Of a stretch of 32,000 nucleotides of DNA, positions 9,109-19,071 are shown piece by piece. The translations under genes were made by a program, and so were the position numbers. Source of the stretch: Phycisphaera mikurensis NBRC 102666 (GTDB lineage Bacteria > Planctomycetota > Phycisphaerae > Phycisphaerales > Phycisphaeraceae); assembly GCF_000284115.1 (NCBI RefSeq), contig NC_017080.1, positions 2,910,001 to 2,942,000 on the forward strand, in the 5' to 3' direction. Numbering within the stretch: position 1 is the stretch's first letter; every line of letters starts with the position of its first letter. The notes under the pieces were generated by a model, which was given only the letters and a program-made list of their open reading frames with translations, was not told the DNA's origin and searched no databases.

Positions 9109-10458
9109 ATGGCCCGAAGCCGCTCCGCCGCTCCCGCCCCCGTCGCCCGCAAGAAGTCCCGGAAGAAGGCGGCCCCAAAGCCGCTGGCGGAAGGGCACAC
9201 GCTCTTCACCAGCGAGTCGGTCTCGGTGGGCCACCCCGACAAGATCGCCGACCAGATCAGCGACGCCGTCCTCGACGCGCTGCTCGAGCACGACGCCATG
9301 GCCCGGGTGGCCTGCGAGACGTTCGTCACCACCGGGCTGGTGATGATCGGCGGGGAGATCACCGTGCACAACCCCGAGGCCGAGATCGCCCTGGGCCGCG
9401 TCGAGGAGACGGCGCGGGAGACGATCGCCAAGATCGGCTACACCGGCGACGTCACGATGCGCTTCGACGCCGACTCCTGCGGCGTGCTGCGGACGATCCA
9501 CGGCCAGTCCGCCGACATCGCCCAGGGCGTCGACGAGGGCGCGGGCCTCCACAAGGAGCAGGGCGCCGGCGACCAGGGCCTCATGTTCGGCTTCGCCTGC
9601 GGCGAGACCAAGGAGCTGATGCCGCTGCCGATCTCGCTGGCCCACAAGCTCGTCGAGAAGCACGCCCGGGTGCGGGAGGCGGCGACCAGGAGCATCGGAA
9701 AGAAGAAGGAGCACCCCCTCGCGGGCCTCCGCCCCGACGCGAAGAGCCAGGTGACCGTGGAGTACGACGCGCAGGGCAAGCCGGTACGCATCGACACCGT
9801 CGTGCTGTCGACGCAGCACACCGCCGCCTGGAACGGGGACGCGAAGCAGCGGAAGCTCAAGAAGCTGATCGCCGAGCACGTCATCGCCCCGGTGATGCCC
9901 AAGCGGCTCTTCGATCCGAAGAAGTGCACGATCCACGTCAATCCCACCGGCCAGTTCGAGATCGGCGGCCCCCACGGCGACGTCGGCCTCACGGGTCGCA
10001 AGATCATCGTCGACACCTACGGAGGCCGCGGCCGCCACGGCGGCGGCGCGTTCTCGGGCAAGGATCCCTCGAAGGTGGACCGCAGCGCCGCCTACATGGC
10101 CCGATACATCGCCAAGAACGTGGTCGCCGCGGGGCTCGCCGGGCAGTGCGAGGTGCAGCTCTCGTACGCGATCGGGGTGCCCGAGCCGACCTCGGTCGCG
10201 GTGGACTGCGCCGGCACCGCGGAGATCGACGAGAGCAAGCTCGCGCAGCTCATCCGCGACACCTTCCCGCTGACGCCCTCGGGCATCCTCCAGCACCTCG
10301 ACCTCCGGCGTCCGATCTTCAGCCAGACCGCCGCCCACGGCCACTTCGGCCGCACGCCCGGCAGCGTGACGGTCGGCGGGAAGAAGCACGCGACCTTCCC
10401 CTGGGAGAAGACCGACCTCGCCGAGAAGCTCGCCGGGGCGGCGAGGTCGGCCGGATGA
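9109..10458 (+). CDS. metK: S-adenosylmethionine synthetase
   Basis: 449-aa ORF: [79 protein letters not shown]. Confidence 0.98.
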   Translation: MARSRSAAPAPVARKKSRKKAAPKPLAEGHTLFTSESVSVGHPDKIADQISDAVLDALLEHDAMARVACETFVTTGLVMIGGEITVHNPEAEIALGRVEETARETIAKIGYTGDVTMRFDADSCGVLRTIHGQSADIAQGVDEGAGLHKEQGAGDQGLMFGFACGETKELMPLPISLAHKLVEKHARVREAATRSIGKKKEHPLAGLRPDAKSQVTVEYDAQGKPVRIDTVVLSTQHTAAWNGDAKQRKLKKLIAEHVIAPVMPKRLFDPKKCTIHVNPTGQFEIGGPHGDVGLTGRKIIVDTYGGRGRHGGGAFSGKDPSKVDRSAAYMARYIAKNVVAAGLAGQCEVQLSYAIGVPEPTSVAVDCAGTAEIDESKLAQLIRDTFPLTPSGILQHLDLRRPIFSQTAAHGHFGRTPGSVTVGGKKHATFPWEKTDLAEKLAGAARSAG

Positions 10459-12215
10459 TCACCTCCCGAGGGATCGCGGTTTCTCCGGGCATCGCCATCG
10501 CCGAGGCGGTGGTGCTGGAACCCGACGCCTCGCGCGTGCGGAAGCGGTTGGTCGCGCCCGCCGAGGTCGACCGCGAGCTCCAGCGGTTCGAGTCGGCGCT
10601 CTCGGCGTCGGCGGAGGAGGTGCGGGCGCTGTCGGTGACCACCGCCGAAACCCTCGGGCCCGAGCTGGCAAAGATCTTCGCCTTCCATGCGGGGATGCTC
10701 GCCGACGAGCACCTCCTCGGGCAGGTGCGCCACAGCGTGCGGAACGACCGCGTCACCGCCGACTACGCGGTGTACGCGGTGCTCTCGCGGCTCGCCTCCA
10801 CCTTCAGCGGCCACCGCGACCCGTACTTCCGCGAGCGCGTCACCGACATCCAGGACCTGCAGCGGCGCATCCTCGGGAAGCTGCACCGGCCGCTGGACCT
10901 GGGGCTCGCCGCGATCACCGGTCCCTGCATCCTGGTGGCCCGCGACCTGACCCCCAGCCAGACGGCGACGCTGGACACGGCGAAGGTCAAGGGCTTGGTC
11001 ACCGACTACGGCGGCCGCACCTCGCACACGGCGATCCTCGCGCACGCGCTGGGGATCCCCGCGATCGTCGGGCTCGAGCACGCCACGCGCGACGTCAACA
11101 CCGGCGACACGCTGGTGGTCGACGGCAAGCGGGGCGTGCTGATCGTCGACCCCGACGCCCCGGAGCTGCTCGCCTACCGCGAGGAGAACGACCGGGACGC
11201 CGATCGCGAGCAGAAGCGGGGGAAGCTGCGGGACGTGCAGGCGGTGACCCGCGACGGCACGCCGATCGAGCTGCTCGCGAACATCGAGTTCGCCAGCGAG
11301 ATCCCCGGAGCACTTGACAACGGCGCCGAGGGGGTCGGCCTCTTCCGCACCGAGTTCCTGTACCTCGCCGCGGCGGAAGAACCCACCGAGGAGGGCCAGC
11401 TCAAGGGCTACCGCGACGCGATCCGCCACCTCGCCGGCCGGCCGCTGACGATCCGCACGCTGGACCTGGGGGCGGACAAGCTCTCGGGCCTCGCCGGCGT
11501 GGGCGAGGACGACCACGAGCGGAACCCCTTCCTGGGCTGCCGCAGCATCCGGCTGTCGCTGCAGAACCTGCCGATGTTCAAGCGGCAGCTGCGGGCGATC
11601 CTCCGGGCGAGCGCCGAGGGCCCGGTGCGGATCATGTTCCCGCTGATCAGCGGCGTCATGGAGCTGCGGCAGGCGAAGATGGTGCTCAACGACGTCATCG
11701 AAGACCTCGACGACGAGGGCATCGCCTTCGACCGCTCGGTCGAGGTGGGGATGATGATCGAGGTCCCGTCGGTGGCGATCCAGGCCCGCTGCTTCGCCGA
11801 GGAGGTCGACTTCTTCTCGATCGGGACCAACGACCTGGTGCAGTACACGCTCGCGGTCGACCGCTGCAACGAGCGCGTGGCGCCGCTGTACTCCGCGTGC
11901 CACCCCGCGGTGTTGATGCTGCTCAAGGAGGTCATCCGCGCCGCCGACCGCACCGGCATCCCCGTGAGCCTGTGCGGCGAGATGGCGGGCCAGCCGGAGT
12001 ACGTGATGCTCCTGCTGGGGCTGGGGCTCCGCCGCTTCTCGATGACGCCGCCGGCGATCCCCGAGGTCAAGCAGGTGCTGCGTGCGGTCTCGATCGAGCA
12101 GTGCCGCCGCGTCGCGGGCAAGGCCAGCCGCTTCGACTCGGACCGCGAGGTGCTCAACTTCGTCCGCGACGAGCTCTCTCGCGTCCTGCCGGAGGTCTAC
12201 TCCGGCCGCGCCTGA
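10455..12215 (+). CDS. ptsI: Phosphoenolpyruvate-protein phosphotransferase (PTS enzyme I-like)
   Basis: 586 aa from ATG 10455: [44 protein letters not shown] (phospho-His), [38 protein letters not shown]. Confidence 0.93.
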   Translation: MITSRGIAVSPGIAIAEAVVLEPDASRVRKRLVAPAEVDRELQRFESALSASAEEVRALSVTTAETLGPELAKIFAFHAGMLADEHLLGQVRHSVRNDRVTADYAVYAVLSRLASTFSGHRDPYFRERVTDIQDLQRRILGKLHRPLDLGLAAITGPCILVARDLTPSQTATLDTAKVKGLVTDYGGRTSHTAILAHALGIPAIVGLEHATRDVNTGDTLVVDGKRGVLIVDPDAPELLAYREENDRDADREQKRGKLRDVQAVTRDGTPIELLANIEFASEIPGALDNGAEGVGLFRTEFLYLAAAEEPTEEGQLKGYRDAIRHLAGRPLTIRTLDLGADKLSGLAGVGEDDHERNPFLGCRSIRLSLQNLPMFKRQLRAILRASAEGPVRIMFPLISGVMELRQAKMVLNDVIEDLDDEGIAFDRSVEVGMMIEVPSVAIQARCFAEEVDFFSIGTNDLVQYTLAVDRCNERVAPLYSACHPAVLMLLKEVIRAADRTGIPVSLCGEMAGQPEYVMLLLGLGLRRFSMTPPAIPEVKQVLRAVSIEQCRRVAGKASRFDSDREVLNFVRDELSRVLPEVYSGRA

Positions 12216-12251
12216 GCGCCCGGCGAGGCTGCGCCGCCTGGTGCCGCGGTG

Positions 12252-12297
12252 CCGCGGATCGACGGGCCGCCGCGGGGATCGCGCCGACGGTCCGCGG
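12252..12297. repeat. 46-bp palindromic-ended element, copy 3
   Basis: CCGCGGATCG (12252-12261), 26 nt, CGGTCCGCGG (12288-12297); 36 nt past the ptsI stop. Confidence 0.75.
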
Positions 12298-12379
12298 GTG
12301 GCCGCGGCGGACGCCGCCGGCTAGCGTCCCGCGCCGCCGGCGGACCCGCCGGGGCTTCCTCCTTCTCGAAAGGCACCCC

Positions 12380-12454
12380 ATGTACATCGGTGGCGGCATC
12401 CTCGGAACCATCCTGGTCGTCCTCTTGATCATCTACCTGGCCAAGCGCGTCTGA
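12380..12454 (+). CDS. 24-aa single-pass membrane peptide
   Basis: MYIGGGILGTILVVLLIIYLAKRV: hydrophobic helix with basic C-terminus; GAAAGG purine stretch upstream and a terminator-like hairpin 31 nt downstream. Confidence 0.55.
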   Translation: MYIGGGILGTILVVLLIIYLAKRV

Positions 12455-12485
12455 CGCGGCCGGGCCGGCTCCGCAGGCCTGGGCC

Positions 12486-12510
12486 GCACCCCGCCCCGGC
12501 GGGGTGCTTT
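12486..12510 (+). terminator. Intrinsic terminator-like hairpin with short T run
   Basis: GCACCCCGCCCCGGCGGGGTGCTTT: 10-nt complementary arms (9-bp stem with 4-nt loop plausible) followed by TTT. Confidence 0.6.
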
Positions 12511-12703
12511 GCTGCGCGGCAAGCCCAGGCGGAGCCCTGCTCCGGGGGGCCCATCCACGCAGGAACTTCCGTCCCGTTAAGGTCCCCGCCCCACGCGGCC
12601 CCCCTCCTCGGGAGCGGGCTGCGCGCCGCCCGACCTTTCAGCCCCGCCGCAGGCAATCCGCCGCGGCGTGCGGGCTCCACCCGACGATCACCCAAGACCC
12701 TCC

Positions 12704-15700
12704 ATGCCCCAACAACAGATGCTCATCGACTACGTGCCCGGCGAGGAGTGCCGGATCGCCGTGGTCGAGGACGGCAAGCTCGACGAGTACTACCACGAGC
12801 GGGCGAGCAGCGAGAGCCACGTCTCGAACATCTACCAGGGGGTGGTCACCAACGTAGAGCCGTCGATCTCGGCCGCCTTCGTCGACTTCGGGCTGGAGCG
12901 CAACGGCTTCCTGCACGTGACCGACGTGCACCCCAAGTACTTCCCCGGTGAGGACCGCGAGGCCTTCGAGAAGGTCGGCCACAAGACCCGCCACGGCGAC
13001 CGGCCGGGCATCGAGCGGTGCTTCAAGAAGGGCGACCAGGTGACCGTGCAGGTGCTCAAGGAGGGCATCGGCAACAAGGGGCCGACGGTCACCAGCTACC
13101 TGTCGATCCCCGGCCGCTTCCTGGTGATGATGCCGGACATGCAGCAGCTGGGCGTCTCCCGCAAGGTGGAGGACGACGAGCAGCGGCGAGAGATGAAGCA
13201 GCTGCTCAAGAGCCTGGACCCGCCCAAGGAGTTCGGCTTCATCATCCGCACGGCGGGGCTGGGCCAGAGCAAGGTCGACCTCAAGAAGGACCTCTCGTAC
13301 CTGGTCCGCCTCTGGAAGGACATCGAGGAGCGGGTGGCCGGCGACGGCGGCGGCAAGGGCAAGAGGAAGAAGGGCCGCCGTCGGGCCCGCGTGACCCGCG
13401 AGCTCTACACCGAGAGCGACCTGGTCATCCGCACGATCCGCGACGTCTTCACCCCGGACATCGACCGGGTCGTGATCAACCACCCCGAGGCCGCCAAGCG
13501 GGCCCACGACTTCCTGGCGGTGAGCAACCCCCGCGCCAAGAGCAAGGTCGTGTTCTACGACGACCCGGTGCCGCTGTTCCACCGCTTCGGGCTCGAGCAG
13601 CAGATCGACAACATCGGCTCACGCACGGTGGAGCTGCCCTCCGGCGGCGCCCTGGTGATCGACCCGACCGAGGCCCTGGTGGCGGTCGACGTGAACTCCG
13701 GCCGCAGCCGCTCGGCGAAGACCAGCGAGAGCAACGCCTTCGAGACCAACAAGGAAGCGGTCGACGAGATCGCACGCCAGCTGCGGTTGCGCGACCTCGG
13801 CGGGCTGGTCGTGCTCGATCTCATCGACATGTTCCAGCAGCGGCACCGCCGCGCGATCGAGAGCCGCCTCAAGAAGAACTTCCTCAAGGACAAGGCCCGC
13901 ACCCGCGTCGGCGGGATCTCGCAGTTCGGGATGCTCGAGCTGACGCGGCAGCGGATGCGGTCCTCGCTGACCGAGGCCGTGCACCAGGAGTGCGCGCACT
14001 GCGGCGGCCGCGGGCACACCAAGAGCGTCGAGAGCGTCGTGCTCGACGTGATGCGGCAGCTGGCGATGGTGATGCAGCAGCCGCAAGTCGCCCGGCTGGA
14101 GCTGACGATCAGCCCCGACGTCGCCTTCCATCTGCTCAACCGCAAGCGGGCCGAGATGGTCGCGTTGGAGGCAAAGTGGCAGAAGGCAGTGACGGTCCGC
14201 GTGGGCGGCGGCTCGGTCGACTACGTGCAGGTCAGCCCGCTCAACGAGCAGGGCGCGACGCTGGCGCCGACCGCGGCCTCGGCCATCCCCAAGGAGACCG
14301 AAACGACCTTCCGGGACGTCGACGCGCTCGACGACGCCGACCTCGAGGCCTGGATGGCGCCCGTGGCGGTGCAGGTCGAGGATCCGGACGTGCTCGGCGG
14401 GCACGCCCGGGCGGGCGGCATCGACGACGCCGCCCCGGCGGCGGCCCAGGAGGAGGCCGCGGGCTCCGGAGCCCGGGCGGCGGCCGACGACCCGACCGAG
14501 GAGAAAAGCCAGCGCGGCGTCGGCGACGACGAGGAGGCGGAGCGACCGAAGCGTCGGCGGCGTCGGCGTGGCCGCAACCGCGGCGACGAGGACCAAGAGC
14601 AGGCGCCCGGCGAGGCGTCCGCCCCCGAGCGTGACCACGCACGCCGGCGGAGCGCGGGAGGGTCCTCTTCGGAGAGCCGCCACGAGGAGGCGCGTCGGCC
14701 CGAGCCCGAGCCGCAGCGCGCGGCGTCCAAGCCACCGACCGGGCCGCACCGCGACCCGCTGCTCGACTTCGAGTTCGACCCGCAGTCGCACCCGCTCGAC
14801 CGCGCCCGCGCGTACGCGGAGCACCGCCTCCGGACCGGCGCCGGCGAAGGCCCGCTGCCCGAGCCGGGCTCGGCGGCGAAGCGGCTCGAGGAGGCCACGG
14901 GCACCGTTTCCGTGCCCGTGGCGCGCCCGGACGGCGACCGCTCCGGGCCCGGTTCCGAGGCGTCGGGCGAGGCCGCGGAGACGGACGGGCCCGCGGGAGA
15001 CGCGGGCGCCGGCGCGGCGTCGGAGGGGGGGCTCACCGCCACCGAAGGCGAGGGAACCGGCAAGAGGAAGCGCAAGCGTCGCCGCCGCCGCCGCGGACGC
15101 GGCGACGGCGGGGACACCGGCGACAGCGCCTCCGGTGAGCCCGGACAAGCCGCCGACGACCGGCCGCGCGACGAGCACGGCGACATCGACGGCAACGTCC
15201 GGGTGCAGGACCCCGCCGCGGGCCCGGATCCCGCCGAAGAAGACGACAGCCGCGGCAACCGCCACGAGGCACCTCCCCGGGAGGCTCCGGAGGAGTCCGC
15301 CGAGCGCGCGGAGCCGCGGGCCGCCGAGGCCGCCGAGGCCGCCGAGGCCGCCGAAGCCGCCGAGGCCGATCCCGCTGTCCAGCCCGAAGCCGAGACTCAA
15401 GCCGAGACCGAGGCCAAAAGCAAGGCCACGACCAAGAAGAAGTCCAAGTCGCAACGGACGCGGAAGCCCAAGCCCGCCCCGGCGGAGCTCGAAGCGGAAG
15501 GCTCCGAGGAGGAGCCCCCGAAGCCGGCGCGGAAGCCCCGCACGCGGAAGTCGCCGGCCAAGAAGTCGCCGGCCAAGGAAAAGGCGGCCAAGGAGAAGGC
15601 GTCCGGGGCGGGAGCATCGGAGCCCGCGGAAACCGCGGAGGCCACGAAGGAAGCCGAGGCGGCGCCGCCCAAGAAGAAGCGCCGCTCGCGCAAGAAGGCG

Positions 15701-15751
15701 GCCGCGACGGAGGGCGGGGGCGGAAGCGACGCCGACGGTGAGGACGCGTGA
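12704..15751 (+). CDS. Ribonuclease E/G family protein with long charged C-terminal tail
   Basis: Start MPQQQMLIDYVPGEECRIAVVEDGKLDEYYHERAS; S1 domain YQGVVTNVEPSISAAFVDFGLERNGFLHVTD; GALVIDPTEALVAVDVNSGRSRSAK; DLGGLVVLDLIDM; QISQFGMLELTRQRMR-like region; zinc-link-like CAHCGGRG. 1015 aa. Confidence 0.93.
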   Translation: MPQQQMLIDYVPGEECRIAVVEDGKLDEYYHERASSESHVSNIYQGVVTNVEPSISAAFVDFGLERNGFLHVTDVHPKYFPGEDREAFEKVGHKTRHGDRPGIERCFKKGDQVTVQVLKEGIGNKGPTVTSYLSIPGRFLVMMPDMQQLGVSRKVEDDEQRREMKQLLKSLDPPKEFGFIIRTAGLGQSKVDLKKDLSYLVRLWKDIEERVAGDGGGKGKRKKGRRRARVTRELYTESDLVIRTIRDVFTPDIDRVVINHPEAAKRAHDFLAVSNPRAKSKVVFYDDPVPLFHRFGLEQQIDNIGSRTVELPSGGALVIDPTEALVAVDVNSGRSRSAKTSESNAFETNKEAVDEIARQLRLRDLGGLVVLDLIDMFQQRHRRAIESRLKKNFLKDKARTRVGGISQFGMLELTRQRMRSSLTEAVHQECAHCGGRGHTKSVESVVLDVMRQLAMVMQQPQVARLELTISPDVAFHLLNRKRAEMVALEAKWQKAVTVRVGGGSVDYVQVSPLNEQGATLAPTAASAIPKETETTFRDVDALDDADLEAWMAPVAVQVEDPDVLGGHARAGGIDDAAPAAAQEEAAGSGARAAADDPTEEKSQRGVGDDEEAERPKRRRRRRGRNRGDEDQEQAPGEASAPERDHARRRSAGGSSSESRHEEARRPEPEPQRAASKPPTGPHRDPLLDFEFDPQSHPLDRARAYAEHRLRTGAGEGPLPEPGSAAKRLEEATGTVSVPVARPDGDRSGPGSEASGEAAETDGPAGDAGAGAASEGGLTATEGEGTGKRKRKRRRRRRGRGDGGDTGDSASGEPGQAADDRPRDEHGDIDGNVRVQDPAAGPDPAEEDDSRGNRHEAPPREAPEESAERAEPRAAEAAEAAEAAEAAEADPAVQPEAETQAETEAKSKATTKKKSKSQRTRKPKPAPAELEAEGSEEEPPKPARKPRTRKSPAKKSPAKEKAAKEKASGAGASEPAETAEATKEAEAAPPKKKRRSRKKAAATEGGGGSDADGEDA
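15321..15370 (+). repeat. GAGGCCGCC-type 9-nt tandem repeat in the RNase E/G tail
   Basis: Tandem gccgaggcc / gccgaagcc units encoding AAEAAEAAEAAEAAEAD. Confidence 0.8.
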
Positions 15752-16953
15752 GCTCGGGGCGGGACGCTCCTCCGCCGCAGCCCCCGGGCCCGACGCGGAC
15801 GCGGCGGGTCGTGGTGCTCGGCGCGACCGGCTCCATCGGCCGCAACACCCTCGAGGTCATCGCGCACCTGAACGGCTCCAGCGGCGGCCCGCGGCCGTTC
15901 GAGGTGGTTGCCCTCGCCGCCGGTTCCGACGCGGCGGGCCTCGCCGGTGCCGCGGCGGCGTGGCCGCGGGCGCGGTGCTCGCTGGCGTCGCTCGGCGGCG
16001 ACGCGCCTCCGGGCTGGCTCCGGGGGCCCGGCTCCGCCGAGCGGCTCGTCCGCGAAGCGTCTGCCGACCTGGTCGTCGCCGCGGTGGTCGGCGTGGCCGG
16101 CCTGCGGCCCGTGCTCGCCGCCATCGACGCCGGTGCGGACGTGGCGCTGGCCAACAAGGAGGTGCTCGTCGCCGCCGGCGAGCTGGTGATGCGGCGTGCC
16201 TCGCGGAGCGGTTCGCGGCTGCTCCCGGTGGACTCCGAGCACGCGGGCGTGCTGCAGTGCCTCGCGGGGCACCCGCGTGAGCGGGTCCGCCGGGTCGTGC
16301 TGACCGCCTCGGGCGGGCCGTTCCGCGATCGCACCGCCGTGGAGGTCGCCGACGCGACGCCCGACGAGGCCGTAGCGCACCCGAACTGGGACATGGGCCC
16401 GAAGATCAGCGTCGACTCCGCGACGATGATGAACAAGGCGCTGGAGCTCGTCGAGGCCCATCACCTCTTCGGGCTCCGGGCCGATCAGCTCGACGCGATC
16501 ATCCACCCCCAGTCGATCGTGCACGCGATCGTCGAGTACGAAGACGGGGGCGTCCTCGCGCAGCTGGGCGCCGCCGACATGCGCGGACCGATCCAGGCCG
16601 CGCTCGCCTGGCCCGACCGCCCCGCCGGCTGCGGCGAACGCCTCGACCTGCTCCGCCTCGGCGGGCTGACCTTCCGCTCGGCCGACCCCCACCGCTTCCC
16701 CGCGCTGGGCCTCGCCCAGCGCGTCATGGCCGCGGGCGGCACGGCCGGCGCCGTCTTCAACGCCGCGAACGAGGCCGCCGTGGCCGCCTTCCTCGAACGG
16801 CGGGTCCCCTTCGGCCGTATCGTCGGCCTCGTCTCCTCGGCGCTCGACGCGCTGCCGCCGCGGCCCGTGGCTCGTCTCGAGGACGTGCTGGACGCCGATG
16901 CGGCCGCACGCCGCTTCGTCGGCGACGCGGTCGGCTCCCCGCCCGCCGCCTGA
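15748..16953 (+). CDS. dxr: 1-deoxy-D-xylulose-5-phosphate reductoisomerase
   Basis: 401-aa ORF: RRVVVLGATGSIGRNTLEVI, ALANKEVLVAAGELV, LPVDSEHAGVLQCL, LTASGGPFRDR, HPNWDMGPKISVDSATMMNKALELVEAHHLFG. GTG start overlaps the upstream stop. Confidence 0.97.
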   Translation: MSSGRDAPPPQPPGPTRTRRVVVLGATGSIGRNTLEVIAHLNGSSGGPRPFEVVALAAGSDAAGLAGAAAAWPRARCSLASLGGDAPPGWLRGPGSAERLVREASADLVVAAVVGVAGLRPVLAAIDAGADVALANKEVLVAAGELVMRRASRSGSRLLPVDSEHAGVLQCLAGHPRERVRRVVLTASGGPFRDRTAVEVADATPDEAVAHPNWDMGPKISVDSATMMNKALELVEAHHLFGLRADQLDAIIHPQSIVHAIVEYEDGGVLAQLGAADMRGPIQAALAWPDRPAGCGERLDLLRLGGLTFRSADPHRFPALGLAQRVMAAGGTAGAVFNAANEAAVAAFLERRVPFGRIVGLVSSALDALPPRPVARLEDVLDADAAARRFVGDAVGSPPAA

Positions 16954-17007
16954 CGCGCCGCCGACCGCTCCCGCTTCTCTCGCTCCCGACCGACCGCGCC
17001 AGCGCCC

Positions 17008-19071
17008 ATGCGTGACCTCCTCCAGAACCACCCCGAGGCCGCCGTCGGCGCTTTGATCCTGGGCTTCGGCTTCCTGATCTTCATCCACGAGCTGGGCCAC
17101 TTCCTCGTCGCGAAGTGGGTGGGCATCCGCGCCACCCAGTTCGCGATCGGCTTCGGGCCGGCCGTCGCCTCCTTCCGCCGGGGGATCGGCCTGCGGGCCG
17201 GGAGCACCGAGGCGGAATACGAGAAGCGGGCACGCGGAGCCGCCGGTCCCGACCCCAGCGACGACGAGCTCTACGCCGCGGCCGACGCCGCGGGCCTGGG
17301 AGAGACCGAGTACCGGCTGAACTGGCTGCCGCTGGGCGGCTACGTGAAGATGCTCGGGCAGGAAGATCTCGACCCCGCCGCCGCCTCTCAGGACCCCAGG
17401 GCGTACAACCAGAAGGCGATCTGGAAGCGGATGCTGGTGATCTCCGCCGGCGTGGTGATGAACCTGGTCTTCGGCATCGTCTTCCTCGTGCTGGCCTTCG
17501 GGCCCGGCGCCGGCGTCGCCTTCCCGGCGCCGGTGGTCGGCGGTGTCAGCCCCGGCGAGCCGGCGGCGCGGGCGTATGCGGAGGGCCACGAGGGCGATCC
17601 AAGCTTCCTGGGGCTGCTGCCCGGTGACCGCATCACCGGCCTCAACGGGGACCCGGTCGAAGACCTCGTCGCGGTGAAGATCGCCACGGCGCTGGGCGGG
17701 CGGAGCAACGACGTCTTGCTCGACGTCGAGCGGCCCGGCGAGGCCGGCGGCGAAGCGACGCCGCTGCGGTTCCGCCTGCGGCCCGAGGTGGGCCGCACGA
17801 GCGACAGCATGCTCGCGGTGGGCATCCAGCCCGCGACCACGGACGAGGTGGTCGGCGTGGAGGAGGGCAGCGTTTGGGCGGAGGCGGGCGTCGCGGCGGG
17901 CGACCGGCTCGTGTCGGTGGCCGGGACGCCGGTGGACGGGCCCGCGGCGCTGCAGCGGCGGGTCGCCCGCGGCGGAGGACGGACGGTGGAGGCGCTCTTC
18001 GCGGACGAAGCGGGCGTGGAGAAGGCCGTGACCTTCGCACCGCTCCCGGCGCTCGCCCGCGACGCCGACGGCGGCGAATCGCTCCTGGGCCTCGAGCCGC
18101 TGGCGGAAGTCAACTACATCGTGCCCGGTTCTCCCGCCGAGGCCGTGGGGCTCCGCGCAGGCGACGTCCTCACGCGGGTGGGCGGGGTGCAGTGGCCTTC
18201 GCGATCGGCCGTGCTCGGGCAGATCGCGGCGCACGCGGCCTCCGGCCGCGCGGTGGAGTTGGCGGTGCTGCGGGAGGGGGCGCGTGTGCCGATCGAGGCC
18301 GCGACGCTCGACGACGGCCAGCTGGGCATCGGCTACGGCCCGGCGTCGGGCCTCGCCCGGGTCGCGGCGTCGCCCTCGCCCGGTGCGCTCTCCCTGCCGG
18401 CCGGCTCGCTGGTCACCTCCCTGAACGGCCGCCCCCTCGGGAGCTTCACCGACCTCCAGGCGGCGCTGCAGGAAGCCGTCGCGGACGCCGCGGAACCGGC
18501 CACCGACGTCGCCCTTGGCTTCGAGGTCCCGCTGGGTGCCGGCAGCGTGGAGACGCGGACGTTCTCGCTCGACGAGCCGCAGCGGGCCACGATCCGCGGC
18601 GCCGCCTGGGTGCCGCCCGGCGGCCTCGCCTTCCGTCCGCTGAAGGTGCTGATCGCGGGCGCCTCCGTCGGCGAGGCCGCCGCGATCGGGCTCGAGAAGA
18701 CCGGTGAGTTCATCCAGCAGACCTACGTCACCCTGCTGCGGCTCTTCCAAGGGGACGTCAAGGTGACGCACCTGCGGGGCCCGGTCGGCATCGTGGACGA
18801 GGGCAGCCGCCTCGCCCGCGAGGGCTGGCCGTACTACCTCTACTTCCTGGGGATCATCTCGATCAACCTCGCGGTCATCAACTTCCTCCCGCTGCCCATC
18901 GTCGACGGCGGGCACATGGTGTTCCTCGCGGTGGAGAAGCTCCGCGGCAAGCCGGCGGGGCCGCAGATCCAGACGGCGGTGACGCTGGTGGGCCTCTGCC
19001 TCATCGCGGCCTTCTTCGTGATCGTCACGTACAACGACCTGTTCCGCCTCGCCTCGCGGCTGCTGGCGTGA
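17008..19071 (+). CDS. rseP: RseP-like site-2 protease (M50) with PDZ domains
   Basis: 687-aa ORF: LIFIHELGHFLVAKWVG (HExxH), GVSPGEPAARA and VPGSPAEAVGLRAGDVLTRVGG (PDZ-like), LRGPVGI and INFLPLPIVDGGHM. Confidence 0.92.
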   Translation: MRDLLQNHPEAAVGALILGFGFLIFIHELGHFLVAKWVGIRATQFAIGFGPAVASFRRGIGLRAGSTEAEYEKRARGAAGPDPSDDELYAAADAAGLGETEYRLNWLPLGGYVKMLGQEDLDPAAASQDPRAYNQKAIWKRMLVISAGVVMNLVFGIVFLVLAFGPGAGVAFPAPVVGGVSPGEPAARAYAEGHEGDPSFLGLLPGDRITGLNGDPVEDLVAVKIATALGGRSNDVLLDVERPGEAGGEATPLRFRLRPEVGRTSDSMLAVGIQPATTDEVVGVEEGSVWAEAGVAAGDRLVSVAGTPVDGPAALQRRVARGGGRTVEALFADEAGVEKAVTFAPLPALARDADGGESLLGLEPLAEVNYIVPGSPAEAVGLRAGDVLTRVGGVQWPSRSAVLGQIAAHAASGRAVELAVLREGARVPIEAATLDDGQLGIGYGPASGLARVAASPSPGALSLPAGSLVTSLNGRPLGSFTDLQAALQEAVADAAEPATDVALGFEVPLGAGSVETRTFSLDEPQRATIRGAAWVPPGGLAFRPLKVLIAGASVGEAAAIGLEKTGEFIQQTYVTLLRLFQGDVKVTHLRGPVGIVDEGSRLAREGWPYYLYFLGIISINLAVINFLPLPIVDGGHMVFLAVEKLRGKPAGPQIQTAVTLVGLCLIAAFFVIVTYNDLFRLASRLLA

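Noticed and set aside
18553-18599. CGATCCGCGG in rseP with a partial CGCGGAC upstream
   Set aside because: Upstream arm matches only about 7/10 and lies in conserved coding sequence.
1460-18915. Very long overlapping ORFs in the track (e.g. 1460..6538 -, 2809..6936 +, 7929..12215 +, 14568..16280 +, 15397..18915 -)
   Set aside because: They lie on alternative frames or strands over well-supported genes and consist of low-complexity R/P/A/G sequence with no family motifs; typical high-GC shadow ORFs.
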